A stretch of DNA of 64,000 nucleotides from NCBI GenBank assembly GCA_963827865.1, contig CAWHCO010000004.1:388686-452685 (forward strand). The letters are read 5' to 3'. This DNA is from an uncultured bacterium. Its GTDB lineage: Bacteria > Actinomycetota > Acidimicrobiia > Spongiisociales > UBA4744. Below are positions 25,587 through 37,395 of this stretch, piece after piece. The notes under the pieces were generated by a model, which did not search any database, was not told the DNA's origin, and saw nothing but the letters and a program-made list of their open reading frames with translations. Position numbers and translations under genes: made by a program. Every line of letters starts with the position of its first letter. The stretch's first letter is position 1.

Positions 25587-27254
25587 TCAGCCGGTGACCG
25601 CGCCTCGTCCTGCGGATCCGACCAGTCGGGCGTACTTGGCCAGCGCACCGGATGGGTATCTGGGCGCGCGAGGCTTCCAGTGTGCCAGCCGGCGGTCGAG
25701 CGTCGTCTCATCCACCAGGAGGTCGAGGGCGCGGCCAGGGATGTCGACCCGGATACGGTCGCCTTCCTCGACGAGGGCCAGCGGTCCTCCTTCCTCGGAT
25801 TCGGGAGCGACATGACCGATACATAGTCCGGTCGTGCCACCGGAGAACCGGCCGTCGGTGATGAGCATCACGTCCTTGCCCAACCCTGCACCTTTGATCG
25901 CCGCCGTGATCTGCAGCATCTCCCGCATCCCTGGCCCCCCTTTGGGACCCTCAGTGCGGATGACAACGACATCCCCATGCCGGATCCGATGGTCGAACAA
26001 AGCATCGAGAGCGTCCTGCTCGCCGTCGAACACGCGAGCAGGGCCCTCGAACGTATCGAAATCGATACCGGCAACCTTGACAACTGCCCCTTCGGGCGCG
26101 AGGGAGCCTCGCAAAATGGCTATTCCGCCTTCGGCCGCAAGCGGACGATCCACCGGTGCCAGCACGTCCTGGGAGCCCGGAATCTCGACAACCGCCAGGT
26201 TGTCCGCCATGGTCGCACCGCTCACAGTGAGGACGTCGCCCTCCAGCAGGCCGGCGTCGAGCAGCACCTTGAGAACCACCGGCATGCCGCCGATTCCGTC
26301 GAGGTCCACCATGTGGTAGCGCCCGAACGGTTTGAGATCCCCGATGTGCGGCGTGCACCGCGAGATCCGATCGAAGTCTTCGAGAGTCAGGTCGACCTCC
26401 GCCTCATGCGCGATGGCCAGTAGGTGCAGAACGGCGTTCGTGGAACCGCCCAGCGCCATCACGGCGGTGATGGCATTCTCGAACGCCGGGCGGGTCATGA
26501 TCTGTCGTGGCCGGATATCTGCGTCGAGCAGTCCCATCACCGCCCTGCCCGAAGCGATCGCGAATTCGTCGAGACGAGGGTCAGACGCCGGAACCGCCGC
26601 CGACCCCGGCAGGGACATGCCGATCGCCTCGCCGACGGAAGCCATGGTGTTGGCCGTGAACATCCCGGCGCACGACCCCTCGCCAGGACAGGCGTGACGT
26701 TCGATCTCGAGTAGCTCCTCCTTCGACAGGGTCCCTTCCGAGAAGGCGCCTATTCCCTCGAAGACGTCGACGATCGATATGTCCTTTCCCCGCCACCGTC
26801 CCGGCAGGCTCGAACCCCCGTAGAGGAACACACTCGGCAAATTCGTGCGTGCGGCGGCCATCAACATCCCTGGAAGCGACTTGTCGCAGCCGGCGATGGT
26901 GACCATGCCGTCGAAACGCTCTGCATGCATGACCAGCTCGACGGAGTCGGCGATCACCTCACGTGAAACGAGGGAGGCGCGCATCCCCTCGTGACCCATC
27001 GCGATCCCATCGGACACCGCAATGGTGCTGAATACCAGACCGACACCTCCCCGATCACGCACCCCCTGCTTGGCATGGCGAGAGAGGCGCGGACCGCTGA
27101 GATTGCACGGCGTCACCTCGTTTCCGGCTGAGACGACTCCGATCTGCGGTTTGGCGAAGTCATCTTCGGTGAGCCCCACCGCACGGAGCATGGCGCGAGC
27201 ACCGGCCTTCGAAGGGCCTTCGGTGACGTCCTGGGAGTGGATCTTCGATGTCAT
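25587..27254 (-). CDS. ilvD: Dihydroxy-acid dehydratase.
   Basis: Start [29 protein letters not shown] Fe-S motif, C-terminal SGGT...GHVAPE. Confidence 0.9.
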   Translation of the reverse strand: MTSKIHSQDVTEGPSKAGARAMLRAVGLTEDDFAKPQIGVVSAGNEVTPCNLSGPRLSRHAKQGVRDRGGVGLVFSTIAVSDGIAMGHEGMRASLVSREVIADSVELVMHAERFDGMVTIAGCDKSLPGMLMAAARTNLPSVFLYGGSSLPGRWRGKDISIVDVFEGIGAFSEGTLSKEELLEIERHACPGEGSCAGMFTANTMASVGEAIGMSLPGSAAVPASDPRLDEFAIASGRAVMGLLDADIRPRQIMTRPAFENAITAVMALGGSTNAVLHLLAIAHEAEVDLTLEDFDRISRCTPHIGDLKPFGRYHMVDLDGIGGMPVVLKVLLDAGLLEGDVLTVSGATMADNLAVVEIPGSQDVLAPVDRPLAAEGGIAILRGSLAPEGAVVKVAGIDFDTFEGPARVFDGEQDALDALFDHRIRHGDVVVIRTEGPKGGPGMREMLQITAAIKGAGLGKDVMLITDGRFSGGTTGLCIGHVAPESEEGGPLALVEEGDRIRVDIPGRALDLLVDETTLDRRLAHWKPRAPRYPSGALAKYARLVGSAGRGAVTG

Positions 27255-27344
27255 GGCGAGGATCTTACGCGGCTGAGCTCCGAGGCGTCGACGCGGACCT
27301 CTCCCTTGACAACATCCCCGCTCCGACGGTAGGTTCATCGCCCA

Positions 27345-27377
27345 ATGAGGTACTCCTACATCCTCGTACTCAGGTAG
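27345..27377 (+). CDS. Candidate ilvB leader peptide [10 protein letters not shown].
   Basis: A 10-codon ORF carrying Ile-Leu-Val-Leu, about 60 nt upstream of ilvB and immediately followed by two hairpins. Confidence 0.4.
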   Translation: MRYSYILVLR

Positions 27378-27434
27378 CACACACGCCCAACTCGGTGTGT
27401 GTGCTCCTCGGCCCTCCCCACAAAGGAGGGTTTT
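27377..27434 (+). promoter_or_regulatory. Putative transcription attenuator: hairpin GCACACAC-N10-GTGTGTGC, then hairpin CCCTCC-CCACAAA-GGAGGG followed by TTTT.
   Basis: Structures read from the sequence. The second hairpin contains the GGAGGG Shine-Dalgarno in front of the TTG at 27436. Confidence 0.4.
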
Positions 27435-27435
27435 C

Positions 27436-29211
27436 TTGCACCCCGACCAGCCCGCTAGACCTGAGGATCACCCCTTGACCAAGAGAACCGGAGCCGAAAC
27501 GCTCATCGCTTCCCTCGAAAAGGAAGGCGTCGAAACCATCTTCGGTGTGCCTGGCGGAGCGATCCTGCCTGCCTACGATCCTCTCTACGACAGCCCGATC
27601 CGCCACATCCTCGCCCGTCATGAGCAAGGCGCCGGTCACATGGCGGAGGGGTACGCCTGGGCAACAGGCGAGGTGGGGGTCTGCATCGTCACGTCGGGTC
27701 CAGGAGCGACGAACCTCGTCACCCCGCTCACGAACGCTCTCATCGACTCGGTTCCGCTTGTCGCAATCAGCGGCCAGGTCTCCACCCGGTCGGTGGGCAA
27801 TGACGCCTTCCAGGAGGCGTACACGGTCGGAGTCACGATGTCCGCAACCAAACACAACTACTTCGTCACCGACCCAGACGACATCGCCGACGTGGTCCAC
27901 GAAGCATTCCACATCGCGGCCACCGGGCGACCGGGCCCGGTGTTGATCGACCTACCCAAAGACATCCTTGCCGCCACGGCTGCCACCCACGCTCCTCGCG
28001 AGATCGACCTGCCGGGCTACAAGCCGGCGACGGAAGGACATCACCTCAAGGTCAACGAAGCGATCGCGTTGATCGCCTCGGCAACCCGCCCGGTGCTGTA
28101 CATCGGCGGCGGGATCATCAAGGCGAACGCCTATCGCGAGGTGCGCCGCCTGGCAGAGGCGGCCACCCTGCCGGTGGTGACCACCCTGATGGGACGCGGT
28201 GCGTTCCCGGACAACCATCCGCTCGCCCTGGGTATGCCGGGCATGCACGGAAACTACACGGCCATCACGGCGATGCAGCACGCCGATCTGCTGATCGCCA
28301 TCGGAGTGAGGTTCGACGATCGTGTGACGGGCGATCCGGATTCCTTTGCCCCCCACGCGAAGGTCATTCACGCGGATGTGGACCCTGCTGAGATCGGCAA
28401 GATCCGTACAGCGGACGTTCCGATCGTCGGTGACGCCCGCAGAGTGCTCGTCCAGCTGCTCGAGGCGTGGGGCGACCGGCGGGTTCCCGATCGTACGGCC
28501 TGGTTGGCTCTCCTGAGCGACTGGCAACGAACATACCCCCTCACGTACGATCAGCAACCAGACGGACCCGTCAAGCCCCAGTACGTCATCGAGGAGCTCT
28601 ACCGGCTGACCGGAGGTGACGCGATCATCGTCGCCGGAGTCGGGCAGCACCAGATGTGGACCTCCCAATTCTGGAAGTTCGATGAGCCGCGACACTGGAT
28701 CAACTCCGGAGGACTTGGCACCATGGGGTTTGCGATACCAGCCGCCGTTGGCGCCAAAGTGGGGAAACCCGACGAGCTCGTCTACGCGATCGATGGCGAC
28801 GGCTGCTTCCAGATGACGCTCCAGGAGCTGATCACCGCCGCTACGGAGAACATCCCTGTGAAGATCGCCGTCATCAACAACGGCTCCCTCGGCATGGTGA
28901 AACAGTGGCAGGAGCTGTTCTACTCCGGGCGCCTGTCGGCGACCCTGCTCGGCGATCACCCCGACTACGTCAAGTTGGCCGAGGGGATGGGCTGTGTCGG
29001 GTTGCGCGCCCAGATACCAGAAGAAGTCGCCCCGGTCATCGAGAAGTCGTTGTCGATAGACGATCGGCCCGTCGTGGTCGAGTTCGTCGTCGATCCGGAC
29101 GAGATGGTGTTCCCGATGGTGCCCGCAGGCGGGACGAACGACGAGGTGGTTGTCGGGCCGGGCACGATCGTCAAGCGAAACGACGCCTCGAGACTGGATA
29201 CGCCGGCATGA
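27436..29211 (+). CDS. ilvB: Acetolactate synthase large subunit.
   Basis: TPP and FAD motifs ([16 protein letters not shown]...NNGSLGMV). Start is TTG 27436 (SD GGAGGG, 5-nt spacer) or TTG 27475 (SD GAGGA). Confidence 0.9.
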   Translation: MHPDQPARPEDHPLTKRTGAETLIASLEKEGVETIFGVPGGAILPAYDPLYDSPIRHILARHEQGAGHMAEGYAWATGEVGVCIVTSGPGATNLVTPLTNALIDSVPLVAISGQVSTRSVGNDAFQEAYTVGVTMSATKHNYFVTDPDDIADVVHEAFHIAATGRPGPVLIDLPKDILAATAATHAPREIDLPGYKPATEGHHLKVNEAIALIASATRPVLYIGGGIIKANAYREVRRLAEAATLPVVTTLMGRGAFPDNHPLALGMPGMHGNYTAITAMQHADLLIAIGVRFDDRVTGDPDSFAPHAKVIHADVDPAEIGKIRTADVPIVGDARRVLVQLLEAWGDRRVPDRTAWLALLSDWQRTYPLTYDQQPDGPVKPQYVIEELYRLTGGDAIIVAGVGQHQMWTSQFWKFDEPRHWINSGGLGTMGFAIPAAVGAKVGKPDELVYAIDGDGCFQMTLQELITAATENIPVKIAVINNGSLGMVKQWQELFYSGRLSATLLGDHPDYVKLAEGMGCVGLRAQIPEEVAPVIEKSLSIDDRPVVVEFVVDPDEMVFPMVPAGGTNDEVVVGPGTIVKRNDASRLDTPA

Positions 29212-29729
29212 GCAACCCCCCACAGGCACAGCACACCCTTTCGGTCCTGGTCGAGGACAAACCGGGAGTTCTGGCGAGAGTGTCATTGCTCCTCGCCCGC
29301 AGAGGGTTCAACATCCACTCTCTTGCCGTGGGTCCCGCCAGAGATGAAGGCACCGCACTCATGACGATCGTGGTGGAAGCTCTCGAGCTCGAGCAGGTCA
29401 AGAAGCAACTGCACAAACTGGTCAACGTCGTCAAGATCACCGAACTCGATCCGGACCAGTCGTTCGAGCGGGAGATCATGATCGTGCGCGTGAGCGCGCC
29501 GCCGAACCGTCGGGGCGAGGTGCTCGAGGTGGCGTCGCTGTTCAAAGCAGTGCCTGTGGACGCGGCGCCGACGACGATCGCGTTTCTCGTGACGGGCGAT
29601 CCGATGAAGCTCAGGAACTTCCTGAACCTCGTCCGGCCCTTCGGGATCACCGATCTCGTAAAGTCGGGGCGGATAGCAATGGCCCGAGATGTGAAAACCA
29701 ATAGCGCCAGCTTGCGCGCGATCGGATGA
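29208..29729 (+). CDS. ilvN: Acetolactate synthase small (regulatory) subunit.
   Basis: [36 protein letters not shown] (ACT domain). ATGA overlap with ilvB. Confidence 0.9.
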   Translation: MSNPPQAQHTLSVLVEDKPGVLARVSLLLARRGFNIHSLAVGPARDEGTALMTIVVEALELEQVKKQLHKLVNVVKITELDPDQSFEREIMIVRVSAPPNRRGEVLEVASLFKAVPVDAAPTTIAFLVTGDPMKLRNFLNLVRPFGITDLVKSGRIAMARDVKTNSASLRAIG

Positions 29730-29737
29730 GAGGAATT

Positions 29738-30745
29738 ATGGCCACCATCTTCTACGACAGCGACAGCAACCCGTCGATCATCAAGGATCGGAAGGTCGCG
29801 GTGATCGGCTATGGGAGCCAGGGGCACGCACACGCCCTCAACCTCAGGGACGCGCATGTCGACGTCACCGTCGGTCTCCGCCCCGACTCGACCAGCCGCC
29901 GGTACGCCGAAGAGGCCGGACTGGTCGTCAGGGACGTCCGAGATGCTGCCGCGTGGGCCGACGTCGTCATGCTGCTCGTACCGGATCAGACGATGGCGGA
30001 CCTCTATGCAGCGGAGGTGGCGCCACACCTCCAACAAGGCGACGCTCTGTTCTTCGCCCACGGATTCAACATCCACTTCGGGTTCATCGAACCCCCGGAG
30101 GGAGTAGACGTCGTGATGGTGGCGCCAAAGGGTCCAGGACATCTGGTCCGTCGTACCTACGTGGAGGGTTCGGGTGTCCCGTGTCTCCTGGCCGTCCACC
30201 AGGACGCGACCGGACACGCCCACGATTTGGGGCTTTCGTACGCCTGGGGAATCGGCGGGACCCGAGCCGGAGTGCTGGAGACGACCTTCAGGGAGGAAAC
30301 AGAGACGGACCTGTTCGGCGAGCAGGTGATCCTGTGCGGAGGCGTCTCATCCTTGATCAAGGCGTCGTTCGAGACCCTCGTGGACGCTGGATACCAGCCC
30401 GAATCGGCCTACTTCGAGACCCTCCACGAACTCAAGCTGATCGTGGATCTCCTCTTCGAGGGTGGCCTGTCGTGGATGCGGTACAGCGTCTCCGACACGG
30501 CGGAATACGGTGACTACACCCGTGGCCCCCGAATCATCACCGACGACACCAGAACGGCCATGAGGGACGTGCTCGATGAGATCCAATCGGGTCAGTTCGC
30601 CAAAGAGTGGATGTCTCAAGCCCGCGCCGGAGCCCCCTTCCTCCTGGAACGCCGTGCTCAGGATCGCGACCACCTCATCGAACAGGTAGGACGCACCCTT
30701 CGAGAGATGATGCCGTTCCTCGACCCGAAGCAGCCCCCGCAGTGA
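29738..30745 (+). CDS. ilvC: Ketol-acid reductoisomerase.
   Basis: [19 protein letters not shown]...[11 protein letters not shown]. Confidence 0.9.
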   Translation: MATIFYDSDSNPSIIKDRKVAVIGYGSQGHAHALNLRDAHVDVTVGLRPDSTSRRYAEEAGLVVRDVRDAAAWADVVMLLVPDQTMADLYAAEVAPHLQQGDALFFAHGFNIHFGFIEPPEGVDVVMVAPKGPGHLVRRTYVEGSGVPCLLAVHQDATGHAHDLGLSYAWGIGGTRAGVLETTFREETETDLFGEQVILCGGVSSLIKASFETLVDAGYQPESAYFETLHELKLIVDLLFEGGLSWMRYSVSDTAEYGDYTRGPRIITDDTRTAMRDVLDEIQSGQFAKEWMSQARAGAPFLLERRAQDRDHLIEQVGRTLREMMPFLDPKQPPQ

Positions 30746-30856
30746 GCATGCGGCGCGACCATCTCGTCGGCCTGGGTCTTGCCGCGCCGGGCGGCCTTAT
30801 CGGCTGACCCGGCGCCCCGAGACACAGCCCTACGCCACGCCCAGAAGGAGCCCGCC

Positions 30857-32368
30857 ATGTCCGATCGGTTGATCATATTCGACACCACCCTGCGCGACGG
30901 GGAACAAGCCCCCGGCATCGCCCTCACACCCGACGAGAAAGTCGCCATCGCTCAACAGCTCGCCAAGCTTCGTGTCGACGTGATCGAGGCAGGCTTCGCC
31001 GCCTCCTCTCCCGGAGACTTCGAAGCCGTATCCCGGATCGCCCAAAAGGTGAAGGGGCCGGTCATCGCCAGCCTCGCTCGAGCACACCCTGACGACATCG
31101 ATCGGGCTTGGGATGCGATCCGAAGTGCAGAACACGCCCGCATCCACGTCTTCATGTCCACCTCGCCGGTACACATGGAGAAGATGCTTCGCATGACGCC
31201 CGACGAGGTGCTCGCGGCGTCGGTCGAAGGCGTGAGAAGGGCGAGGAGCTACTGCGACGACGTCGAGTTCAGCCCACAGGACGCAACCAGATCCGACCCG
31301 GACTTCCTGATGGCGGTATGCAAGGCTGCGGTTGAGGCGGGCGCGACAACGATCAACATCCCCGACACCGTCGGCTACGCGACCCCCGCAGATTTCGTAG
31401 AGCTGCTTGGCCGGGTGTACGAGGAGGTGCGCGGCGGCAGGGAGGATGTGATCATCTCGACCCACTGCCACAACGACCTCGGGTTGGCCGTGGCGAATTC
31501 ACTGTCGGCGATCTTCGCCGGCGCCCGTCAGATCGAGGGCGCCATCAACGGAATCGGTGAACGCGCTGGGAACACCTCCATCGAAGAGGTGATCATGGCG
31601 GTGCAGACCCGTGCCGACCGATTCGGTGTGGAGGTGGGGGCAGACACCACCCAGATCTTCGAGACGTCCCGGCTCGTGTCGCGGCTCACCGGCTACCCGG
31701 TTCAGTACAACAAGGCGGTTGTGGGACGCAACGCCTTCGCTCACGAGGCGGGCATCCACCAGCACGGCGTCTTGCGTGACCGTCTCACCTACGAGATCAT
31801 GGATGCGGCTTCCGTCGGCCAGGAAGGCGGTCAGATCATCCTCGGGAAACACTCAGGACGCGCAGGTTTCGCCGACACGCTGACCAAGATGGGGATCGTT
31901 CTGGAAGACGAGGCGTTCGACAGAGGATTCGAGCGGTTCAAGGAACTCGCCGATCGCAAGGTTCGCATCACCGAAGAGGAGATCCGCGCGATCGTCGAGG
32001 ACCAGACGAGCCGTCCGAAGCAATCCACCGAGTTGGTCGGGCTCCATGTCGCTGGAGGAAACGAAGCCACGCCCCGTGCCGTGGTCCGGTTGAAGATGAA
32101 CGGCAGTGAACGCGAGTTCGCCGGCGAGGGAGACGGCATGGTGCACGCCGCCTTCGCAGCGATTCGCAAGGCGTTCGATGTCGACGCCACCCTCGTCGAC
32201 TATCGGGTCGTCCCTGTTACTCCCGGAGCCGACGCCATGGCCGAGGTGAACGTCGTGGTCAAAGTCGGTGACGGGGCCTACTCGGGGCGAAGCGTCTCCA
32301 CCGATGTGGTCGAAGGCTCCGCGGAAGCGTTCGTCTCGGCGCTCGACAAGGCAACCTGGCGGGGGTAG
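30857..32368 (+). CDS. leuA: 2-isopropylmalate synthase, short bacterial form (could alternatively be a citramalate-synthase-type paralogue).
   Basis: [31 protein letters not shown]-terminal LeuA-dimer regulatory domain. Confidence 0.85.
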   Translation: MSDRLIIFDTTLRDGEQAPGIALTPDEKVAIAQQLAKLRVDVIEAGFAASSPGDFEAVSRIAQKVKGPVIASLARAHPDDIDRAWDAIRSAEHARIHVFMSTSPVHMEKMLRMTPDEVLAASVEGVRRARSYCDDVEFSPQDATRSDPDFLMAVCKAAVEAGATTINIPDTVGYATPADFVELLGRVYEEVRGGREDVIISTHCHNDLGLAVANSLSAIFAGARQIEGAINGIGERAGNTSIEEVIMAVQTRADRFGVEVGADTTQIFETSRLVSRLTGYPVQYNKAVVGRNAFAHEAGIHQHGVLRDRLTYEIMDAASVGQEGGQIILGKHSGRAGFADTLTKMGIVLEDEAFDRGFERFKELADRKVRITEEEIRAIVEDQTSRPKQSTELVGLHVAGGNEATPRAVVRLKMNGSEREFAGEGDGMVHAAFAAIRKAFDVDATLVDYRVVPVTPGADAMAEVNVVVKVGDGAYSGRSVSTDVVEGSAEAFVSALDKATWRG

Positions 32369-32393
32369 GCGTCGGCAACTCGAAAGGCACGAC

Positions 32394-33458
32394 ATGGCTG
32401 ACCATCAAGTCGCGGTGATCGGCGGAGATGGAATCGGACCTGAGGTCACCGCCGAGGCGCTGAAAGTGCTCTCGGCAGCAGCGGAACGATTCTCGTTCAA
32501 CTTCGACACCACCGAGTACGACCTCGGAAGCTCCCGGTACCTTGCAACGGGCGAAGTACTCCCCGATTCGATCGAAGCCGAGCTCGATCAGCACGACGCC
32601 ATCCTGCTCGGTGCCGTGGGCAGCCCCGCCGTCGCCCCTGGGGTCCTCGAACGGGGCCTACTGCTGCGTCTTCGTTTCGACTTCGACCTCTACGTCAATC
32701 TGCGTCCCGTGAAGTTGTATCCGGGGGTCCCCTCACCGATTGGGGGGATAACACCGGATCGGCTCGAGCTGATCGTGGTCAGAGAAAACACGGAGGGCCC
32801 CTACGTGGGAGCGGGGGGGACGCTGCGACGGGGAACCCCTCACGAAGTGGCGACCCAGGAGTCGATCAACACTCGCCGAGGGGTGGAACGAGTGGCTCGG
32901 TATGCCTTCTCACTTGCCGAACAACGTGACAGAAGACTGACACTGTGTCACAAGACCAACGTCCTCGTGTATGCCGGCGACCTGTGGAGCAGGACTCTCG
33001 AGGAGATCTCGGCCGAGTATCCGGACGTGGCACTCGACTACGTCCACGTCGATGCCATGTGCCTATACCTGGTGACAGAGCCGGAGCGATTCGACGTCGT
33101 CGTCACCGACAACCTGTTCGGCGACATCATCACCGATCTCGGAGCTGCTATCCAGGGCGGCATGGGACTTGCCGCCAGCGGAAACCTCAACCCTCCCGGC
33201 GATCACCCTTCCATGTTCGAGCCGGTTCACGGCTCGGCGCCGGACATTGCCGGCAGGGGGTGGGCGAACCCGGTGGCTGCAGTCCTGTCTGCCGCCCTCT
33301 GCCTCGAAACGCTGGGTGAGACCGACGCTGCCCGAGCTGTCGAGTCCGCGGCGAGCTCATTGCTGGTCGAACTCGGGGCGATGAGCGGACCGGCAATGGG
33401 TGCGACGACAGCTCAGATCGGCGACCGTATCGCTGCCCGACTACAGAACGGTGAATGA
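32394..33458 (+). CDS. leuB: 3-isopropylmalate dehydrogenase.
   Basis: [47 protein letters not shown]. Confidence 0.9.
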   Translation: MADHQVAVIGGDGIGPEVTAEALKVLSAAAERFSFNFDTTEYDLGSSRYLATGEVLPDSIEAELDQHDAILLGAVGSPAVAPGVLERGLLLRLRFDFDLYVNLRPVKLYPGVPSPIGGITPDRLELIVVRENTEGPYVGAGGTLRRGTPHEVATQESINTRRGVERVARYAFSLAEQRDRRLTLCHKTNVLVYAGDLWSRTLEEISAEYPDVALDYVHVDAMCLYLVTEPERFDVVVTDNLFGDIITDLGAAIQGGMGLAASGNLNPPGDHPSMFEPVHGSAPDIAGRGWANPVAAVLSAALCLETLGETDAARAVESAASSLLVELGAMSGPAMGATTAQIGDRIAARLQNGE

Positions 33459-33631
33459 CGGTCCAGCCGGCGGACCGTTGACCGGGAGCAAGGAGCAGCG
33501 GAGCCCGGACTTCGCTCAACGTGGGGCACTCCCCTCGATGCGAGTTGCTCTGGCCACGGACATCCAACGGCAACAGGCTTGGACGCGCTACCGGCCGATT
33601 GTCCTGGGCCGATTCCGAGCGGGAGACGAGT

Positions 33632-34462
33632 ATGGCCATCTCAACAGACGGAGCACAGATGCCCCTCTCACCGATCGAGGTTCGAACCTACGGACACGAA
33701 GGACCACCCGTTGCCGTGTTGCACGGTGGGCCGGGCGCCGCAGGGTCCGCCGCAGAACTGGCCCGTGACCTCGCGCCACACTGTCGGGTGCTCGAACCGC
33801 TCCAGCGCCACTCAGGCGAAGTCCCGCTCACCGTCGCACAGCATGTTTCGGATCTCGCCGAGATCCTCCGGGAGCCGGTGACCCTCGTCGGCTCGTCGTG
33901 GGGGGCGATGCTCGGGTTGTCGTTCACGACAGCCCATCCCGAGCTGGTTCGCTCGCTGGTGCTCGTGGGCTGCGGAACCTACGACCAGGCGAGCCGCGAC
34001 GCCTACCACACCATCATGGACGAGCGTCTCGGACCGGTGGGCCGTGAGCGGAAGGCCCAGCTCGAGCACCAAATGAGCGAAACGACGGACCCACACGAAC
34101 GCGATCTGATCCTCGCCCAGATCGGCAATCTCGACGAGTACGCCCAGGCCTTCGACCTCATGCAGACTTCCGACTACATCGCAATCGACGCCGCCGGTCA
34201 CACCGAAACGTGGAAAGACGTCTTGCGGCTCCAGGATGAAGGCGTCGAACCAGCCGCGTTCTCCACGATCGTCTGCCCCGTGCTGATGCTGCACGGCGAC
34301 ACCGACCCCCACCCCGGTCGCTCCACCCACGAGACCCTCCGGCGGTTCATCCCGCAGATCGAGTACCGAGAGCTCCCGCAGTGCGGTCACGAGCCATGGC
34401 TCGAACGCTGGGGTCGCGAGCCATTCCTCGAGGAGCTTCGGCAGCGGCTGACGCGGGCCTGA
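33632..34462 (+). CDS. Alpha/beta-fold hydrolase.
   Basis: HGGPGAAGS oxyanion region, GSSWGAML nucleophile elbow, C-terminal His in ...CGHEPW. Confidence 0.75.
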   Translation: MAISTDGAQMPLSPIEVRTYGHEGPPVAVLHGGPGAAGSAAELARDLAPHCRVLEPLQRHSGEVPLTVAQHVSDLAEILREPVTLVGSSWGAMLGLSFTTAHPELVRSLVLVGCGTYDQASRDAYHTIMDERLGPVGRERKAQLEHQMSETTDPHERDLILAQIGNLDEYAQAFDLMQTSDYIAIDAAGHTETWKDVLRLQDEGVEPAAFSTIVCPVLMLHGDTDPHPGRSTHETLRRFIPQIEYRELPQCGHEPWLERWGREPFLEELRQRLTRA

Positions 34463-34467
34463 TGAGG

Positions 34468-34487
34468 CTGTCAGCACAGTGACAGCA
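34468..34487. terminator. Hairpin GCTGTCA-GCACAG-TGACAGC, 6 nt after the hydrolase stop.
   Basis: Palindrome read from the sequence; no T-tract. Confidence 0.3.
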
Positions 34488-34768
34488 CGCCGGCACAAGC
34501 CAGCACCGGCGATGGTCCGAACCTCGCGCCGGCGGCCACGGACTGTTTGCCGCCCTGCGTGTGAAGTGTTCGGCGAACAGGCCCGAGAAGCACAACAGCT
34601 CCGAGGCAAGCCACAGCGCGACGCCTGAGCCGGTCATTCGAGTCGCCTGCAAGTGTCATCAGAGCGTCATTGCCTTCCCTGACGAACTTCAGCGCCGAGT
34701 CTCCCTCTCCCCGGCGTCCCTTCGCGGCCACGCTGGCAGTGGCCCCCGAACGGCCTCCACGGTGACGA

Positions 34769-35695
34769 TCACCTCGAAGCCCACGCGAGCGCTACGTATA
34801 GAGGGAAGTGGTCCGAGCCGAGTGACGGCCCGAGGTGCCGATCAACGACGGTCAGGTCCGGACTATGCAGCAGGTGGTCGATAGGAGTCGAAATCGCCCT
34901 GAAACCCGCCGGCCAGGATGCCTGCACCCCGAAGCCGAGCTGTGAGTTCACCAGCGCTCCCGAGATGAGCGAGAAGCCGTGCGACCATGTGGAAGCGTTG
35001 AAATCTCCGGTCACCACCAGTGGCAGAGGCTGGGCGGCCGCCCACTCAGCAACGTCCTGAAGTTCTTCATCTCGGTCGGCCGACCGTTCGACGCTAATCG
35101 GCGACGGGGGATGTATTCCCAATACCTCCACCTCGCCGGACCCAAGCGGCAGCGTGACCAGGATGCTCGGAACCACCAGGTCGACGATGTGAGTGTCGGC
35201 GCCCTCCGGTACCAATGCGACGGTGCCGAACTTGTCGCCGGGTCGTATCGCGCTCACCATTCGGTAGGGGAGGTCCGCTTCCTGGATCGCCCGCTCCAGC
35301 GCTCGTGTCCCCTCGTGCAGGAACACGACGTCGGCGCCTGAGGTCCGCACCGCCTTGAGCACCGGGTCGAGGTGGCGATTGGAGTAGAGCACATTGAAGC
35401 TCAAGACGTTGAGCCGGTCGGGGCCGAGCGAAGGAGCCGGCTTGGAGATGTAGAGCGGAAGGATCACCACGACGTTGGCGATGAGCGCCAAGAGGGACAG
35501 GACGGCGGCAACGCGCCGGCGGAGAAGGGCCGAGACGATCGCGACCGGCACGAGCAGCACCGCATATTGCACCCGGAAGTTCGAGGCAATGTCGAAGACC
35601 CACCAGACGCCCCCAAGCCACCCGACGCCGGTGAGGCCGGCGAGCACGCCGGCAACGACACCCACACCTCCTCGAACGGTCGGTCGCGCACTCAT
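34769..35695 (-). CDS. Membrane-anchored endonuclease/exonuclease/phosphatase (EEP) family protein.
   Basis: Two N-terminal TM segments, then an EEP fold (LNVLSFNVLYSN...VVFLHE...VVTGDFNAS...GSDHFPL). Confidence 0.75.
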   Translation of the reverse strand: MSARPTVRGGVGVVAGVLAGLTGVGWLGGVWWVFDIASNFRVQYAVLLVPVAIVSALLRRRVAAVLSLLALIANVVVILPLYISKPAPSLGPDRLNVLSFNVLYSNRHLDPVLKAVRTSGADVVFLHEGTRALERAIQEADLPYRMVSAIRPGDKFGTVALVPEGADTHIVDLVVPSILVTLPLGSGEVEVLGIHPPSPISVERSADRDEELQDVAEWAAAQPLPLVVTGDFNASTWSHGFSLISGALVNSQLGFGVQASWPAGFRAISTPIDHLLHSPDLTVVDRHLGPSLGSDHFPLYVALAWASR

Positions 35696-35856
35696 GAGCG
35701 CCGCATGGTAGGTGCTCAGGCAGGCTTCACCTGCCTGGCACGCGACCAGACGCGTCGACAGGGAGCGAGCGTAGACACGGTCTTCTACCTTTGACGCGAT
35801 ACAAGATACAAGGTACAAGGTACGGGCTGAGAGCAGCGAAGCCCCATGAGGAGCCT

Positions 35857-36759
35857 ATGTCGACTGAACGATCTCACCTTGCCCATGCGGGCATCGCCCT
35901 GTTCGTCACCCTGCTGTGGAGTTCATCGTGGGTACTCATCCGCTGGGGATTCGATCGAGAGTCCCTCCAGCCCCTGACCTTCGCCGCTCTGCGGTATGGG
36001 ATCGCCTCCCTGGTCATGATCGGATGGACGTTTTCGAATCGAACCTACCGGCAACAGCTCGCCTCAATGAACCGATCACTCCTGGCCCGGATCGTCGTGC
36101 TCGGTGTGGTCTTCTACGCTGTGACACAGGGGGCGATCTTCGTTGCTCTCGACAACCAGCCGGCGGCTACGACCAGCCTCCTCCTGGCCCTGACCCCTCT
36201 CCTCGTGGCCGTCCTCGCGGGAAGATCCCTTCGGGAGAGCGCCTCGGGCAGGCAAGTGTGGGGAACGATCCTGGTCGTCCTCGGCGCCTGGCTCTACTTC
36301 ACGGGCGGACTCGGCGCGACCGTGGTCGGAATTGTTGCGGCGATCGTTGCGTTGGGCGCCAACGTTGCCGGTTCACTCCTGGGGCGGCACGTCAACCGAC
36401 CCGCCGACGCATCGCCGGTCGTGGTCACCGCTGTCAGCATGACGGTTGGCTCAATCATCCTCGCCGTCATTGGCGCTGCCTCCGAAGGGCTGCCGACCGT
36501 CAGCGCCAGGGCATGGCTGATCATCCTGTGGCTCGCTGTCGTCAACACGGCCGCTGCGTTCACCCTGTGGAACCTGTCGCTCCGGGAACTCTCCGCAGTC
36601 GAATCGGCCGGAATCAACAACACGATGCTCATCCAGATTGCCGTCTTGGCGTGGATCTTTCTGGGAGAGGCTCCGGGAATCGCCGGTCTCGCCGGAATCG
36701 CGCTCGTCTCGATCGGGGTGCTGCTGACCCAGGCAGTTCGTGTCAGGATGTCGACCTGA
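35857..36759 (+). CDS. EamA/DMT-family transporter.
   Basis: Ten predicted TM helices and duplicated EamA repeats. Confidence 0.8.
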   Translation: MSTERSHLAHAGIALFVTLLWSSSWVLIRWGFDRESLQPLTFAALRYGIASLVMIGWTFSNRTYRQQLASMNRSLLARIVVLGVVFYAVTQGAIFVALDNQPAATTSLLLALTPLLVAVLAGRSLRESASGRQVWGTILVVLGAWLYFTGGLGATVVGIVAAIVALGANVAGSLLGRHVNRPADASPVVVTAVSMTVGSIILAVIGAASEGLPTVSARAWLIILWLAVVNTAAAFTLWNLSLRELSAVESAGINNTMLIQIAVLAWIFLGEAPGIAGLAGIALVSIGVLLTQAVRVRMST

Positions 36760-36810
36760 GGAACGTGTGAGTTCGCACTCGTGGGCCGGCTGCCTCTACT
36801 CTTGCTGCCC

Positions 36811-37395
36811 ATGCGCGCCCTTCGCCCCGCATCCGCCCTGCTAATCAGCCTGATTCTGGTGGTTGGTGTGGCTGGACCGGCGGCCGCCGACGAGTTGCTG
36901 GTCAAGGTGAATGCGTCCAGACAAGCCAGCGTCACCCTCCTCCCGGCGGCCGAGACGATCGCCCAGCGGTCGGCTGCTGCACAAGCGACCGCCGGCAGAC
37001 TCTCGCACACAAGCCTCAACTCACTTCTCGAGGTCTGCAGCGCGGCCGGCGAGGTAGTGGGCTACGGTCCCACCGTCGATGCGATCTTCGACGCGTTCGC
37101 CGCAAGCCCCACTCATTGGGACATCATCACGGCCGCCAACTGGACATCGGCCGGAACAGGGATCGCCGTTGGAGCCGACGGCGCGCTCTATGTGTCGATC
37201 GTCTTCTGCCAGGGTGCCACGGACGCACCCACGGCCCCGACCGCGCTAGCTCCACCGATGAGGGCCACGCCGACCGCTCGACCACCCGCCATCCCGGCCG
37301 TCGAACTTCTCCTGCTGAACCCATGCACCCTGGACCGTGACCTCGTCCTCCACGAACCGCCGTGGGAGACAGGCAGCTGTCCCGGTGTCACCTGA
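36811..37395 (+). CDS. Secreted CAP (SCP/PR-1/YkwD-like) domain protein with a Pro/Thr/Ala-rich tail.
   Basis: Signal peptide MRALRPASALLISLILVVGVAGPAAA, CAP core ...GEVVGYGPT...SPTHWDIITAANWTSAGTGIAVGADGALYVSIVFC. An alternative GTG start lies at 36781. Confidence 0.65.
   Translation: MRALRPASALLISLILVVGVAGPAAADELLVKVNASRQASVTLLPAAETIAQRSAAAQATAGRLSHTSLNSLLEVCSAAGEVVGYGPTVDAIFDAFAASPTHWDIITAANWTSAGTGIAVGADGALYVSIVFCQGATDAPTAPTALAPPMRATPTARPPAIPAVELLLLNPCTLDRDLVLHEPPWETGSCPGVT

Noticed and set aside
30748-30807. 19-codon ORF MRRDHLVGLGLAAPGGLIG between ilvC and leuA as a leu leader peptide
   Set aside because: The Leu residues are scattered rather than clustered, and there is no clear terminator/antiterminator pair downstream, so this is not called.
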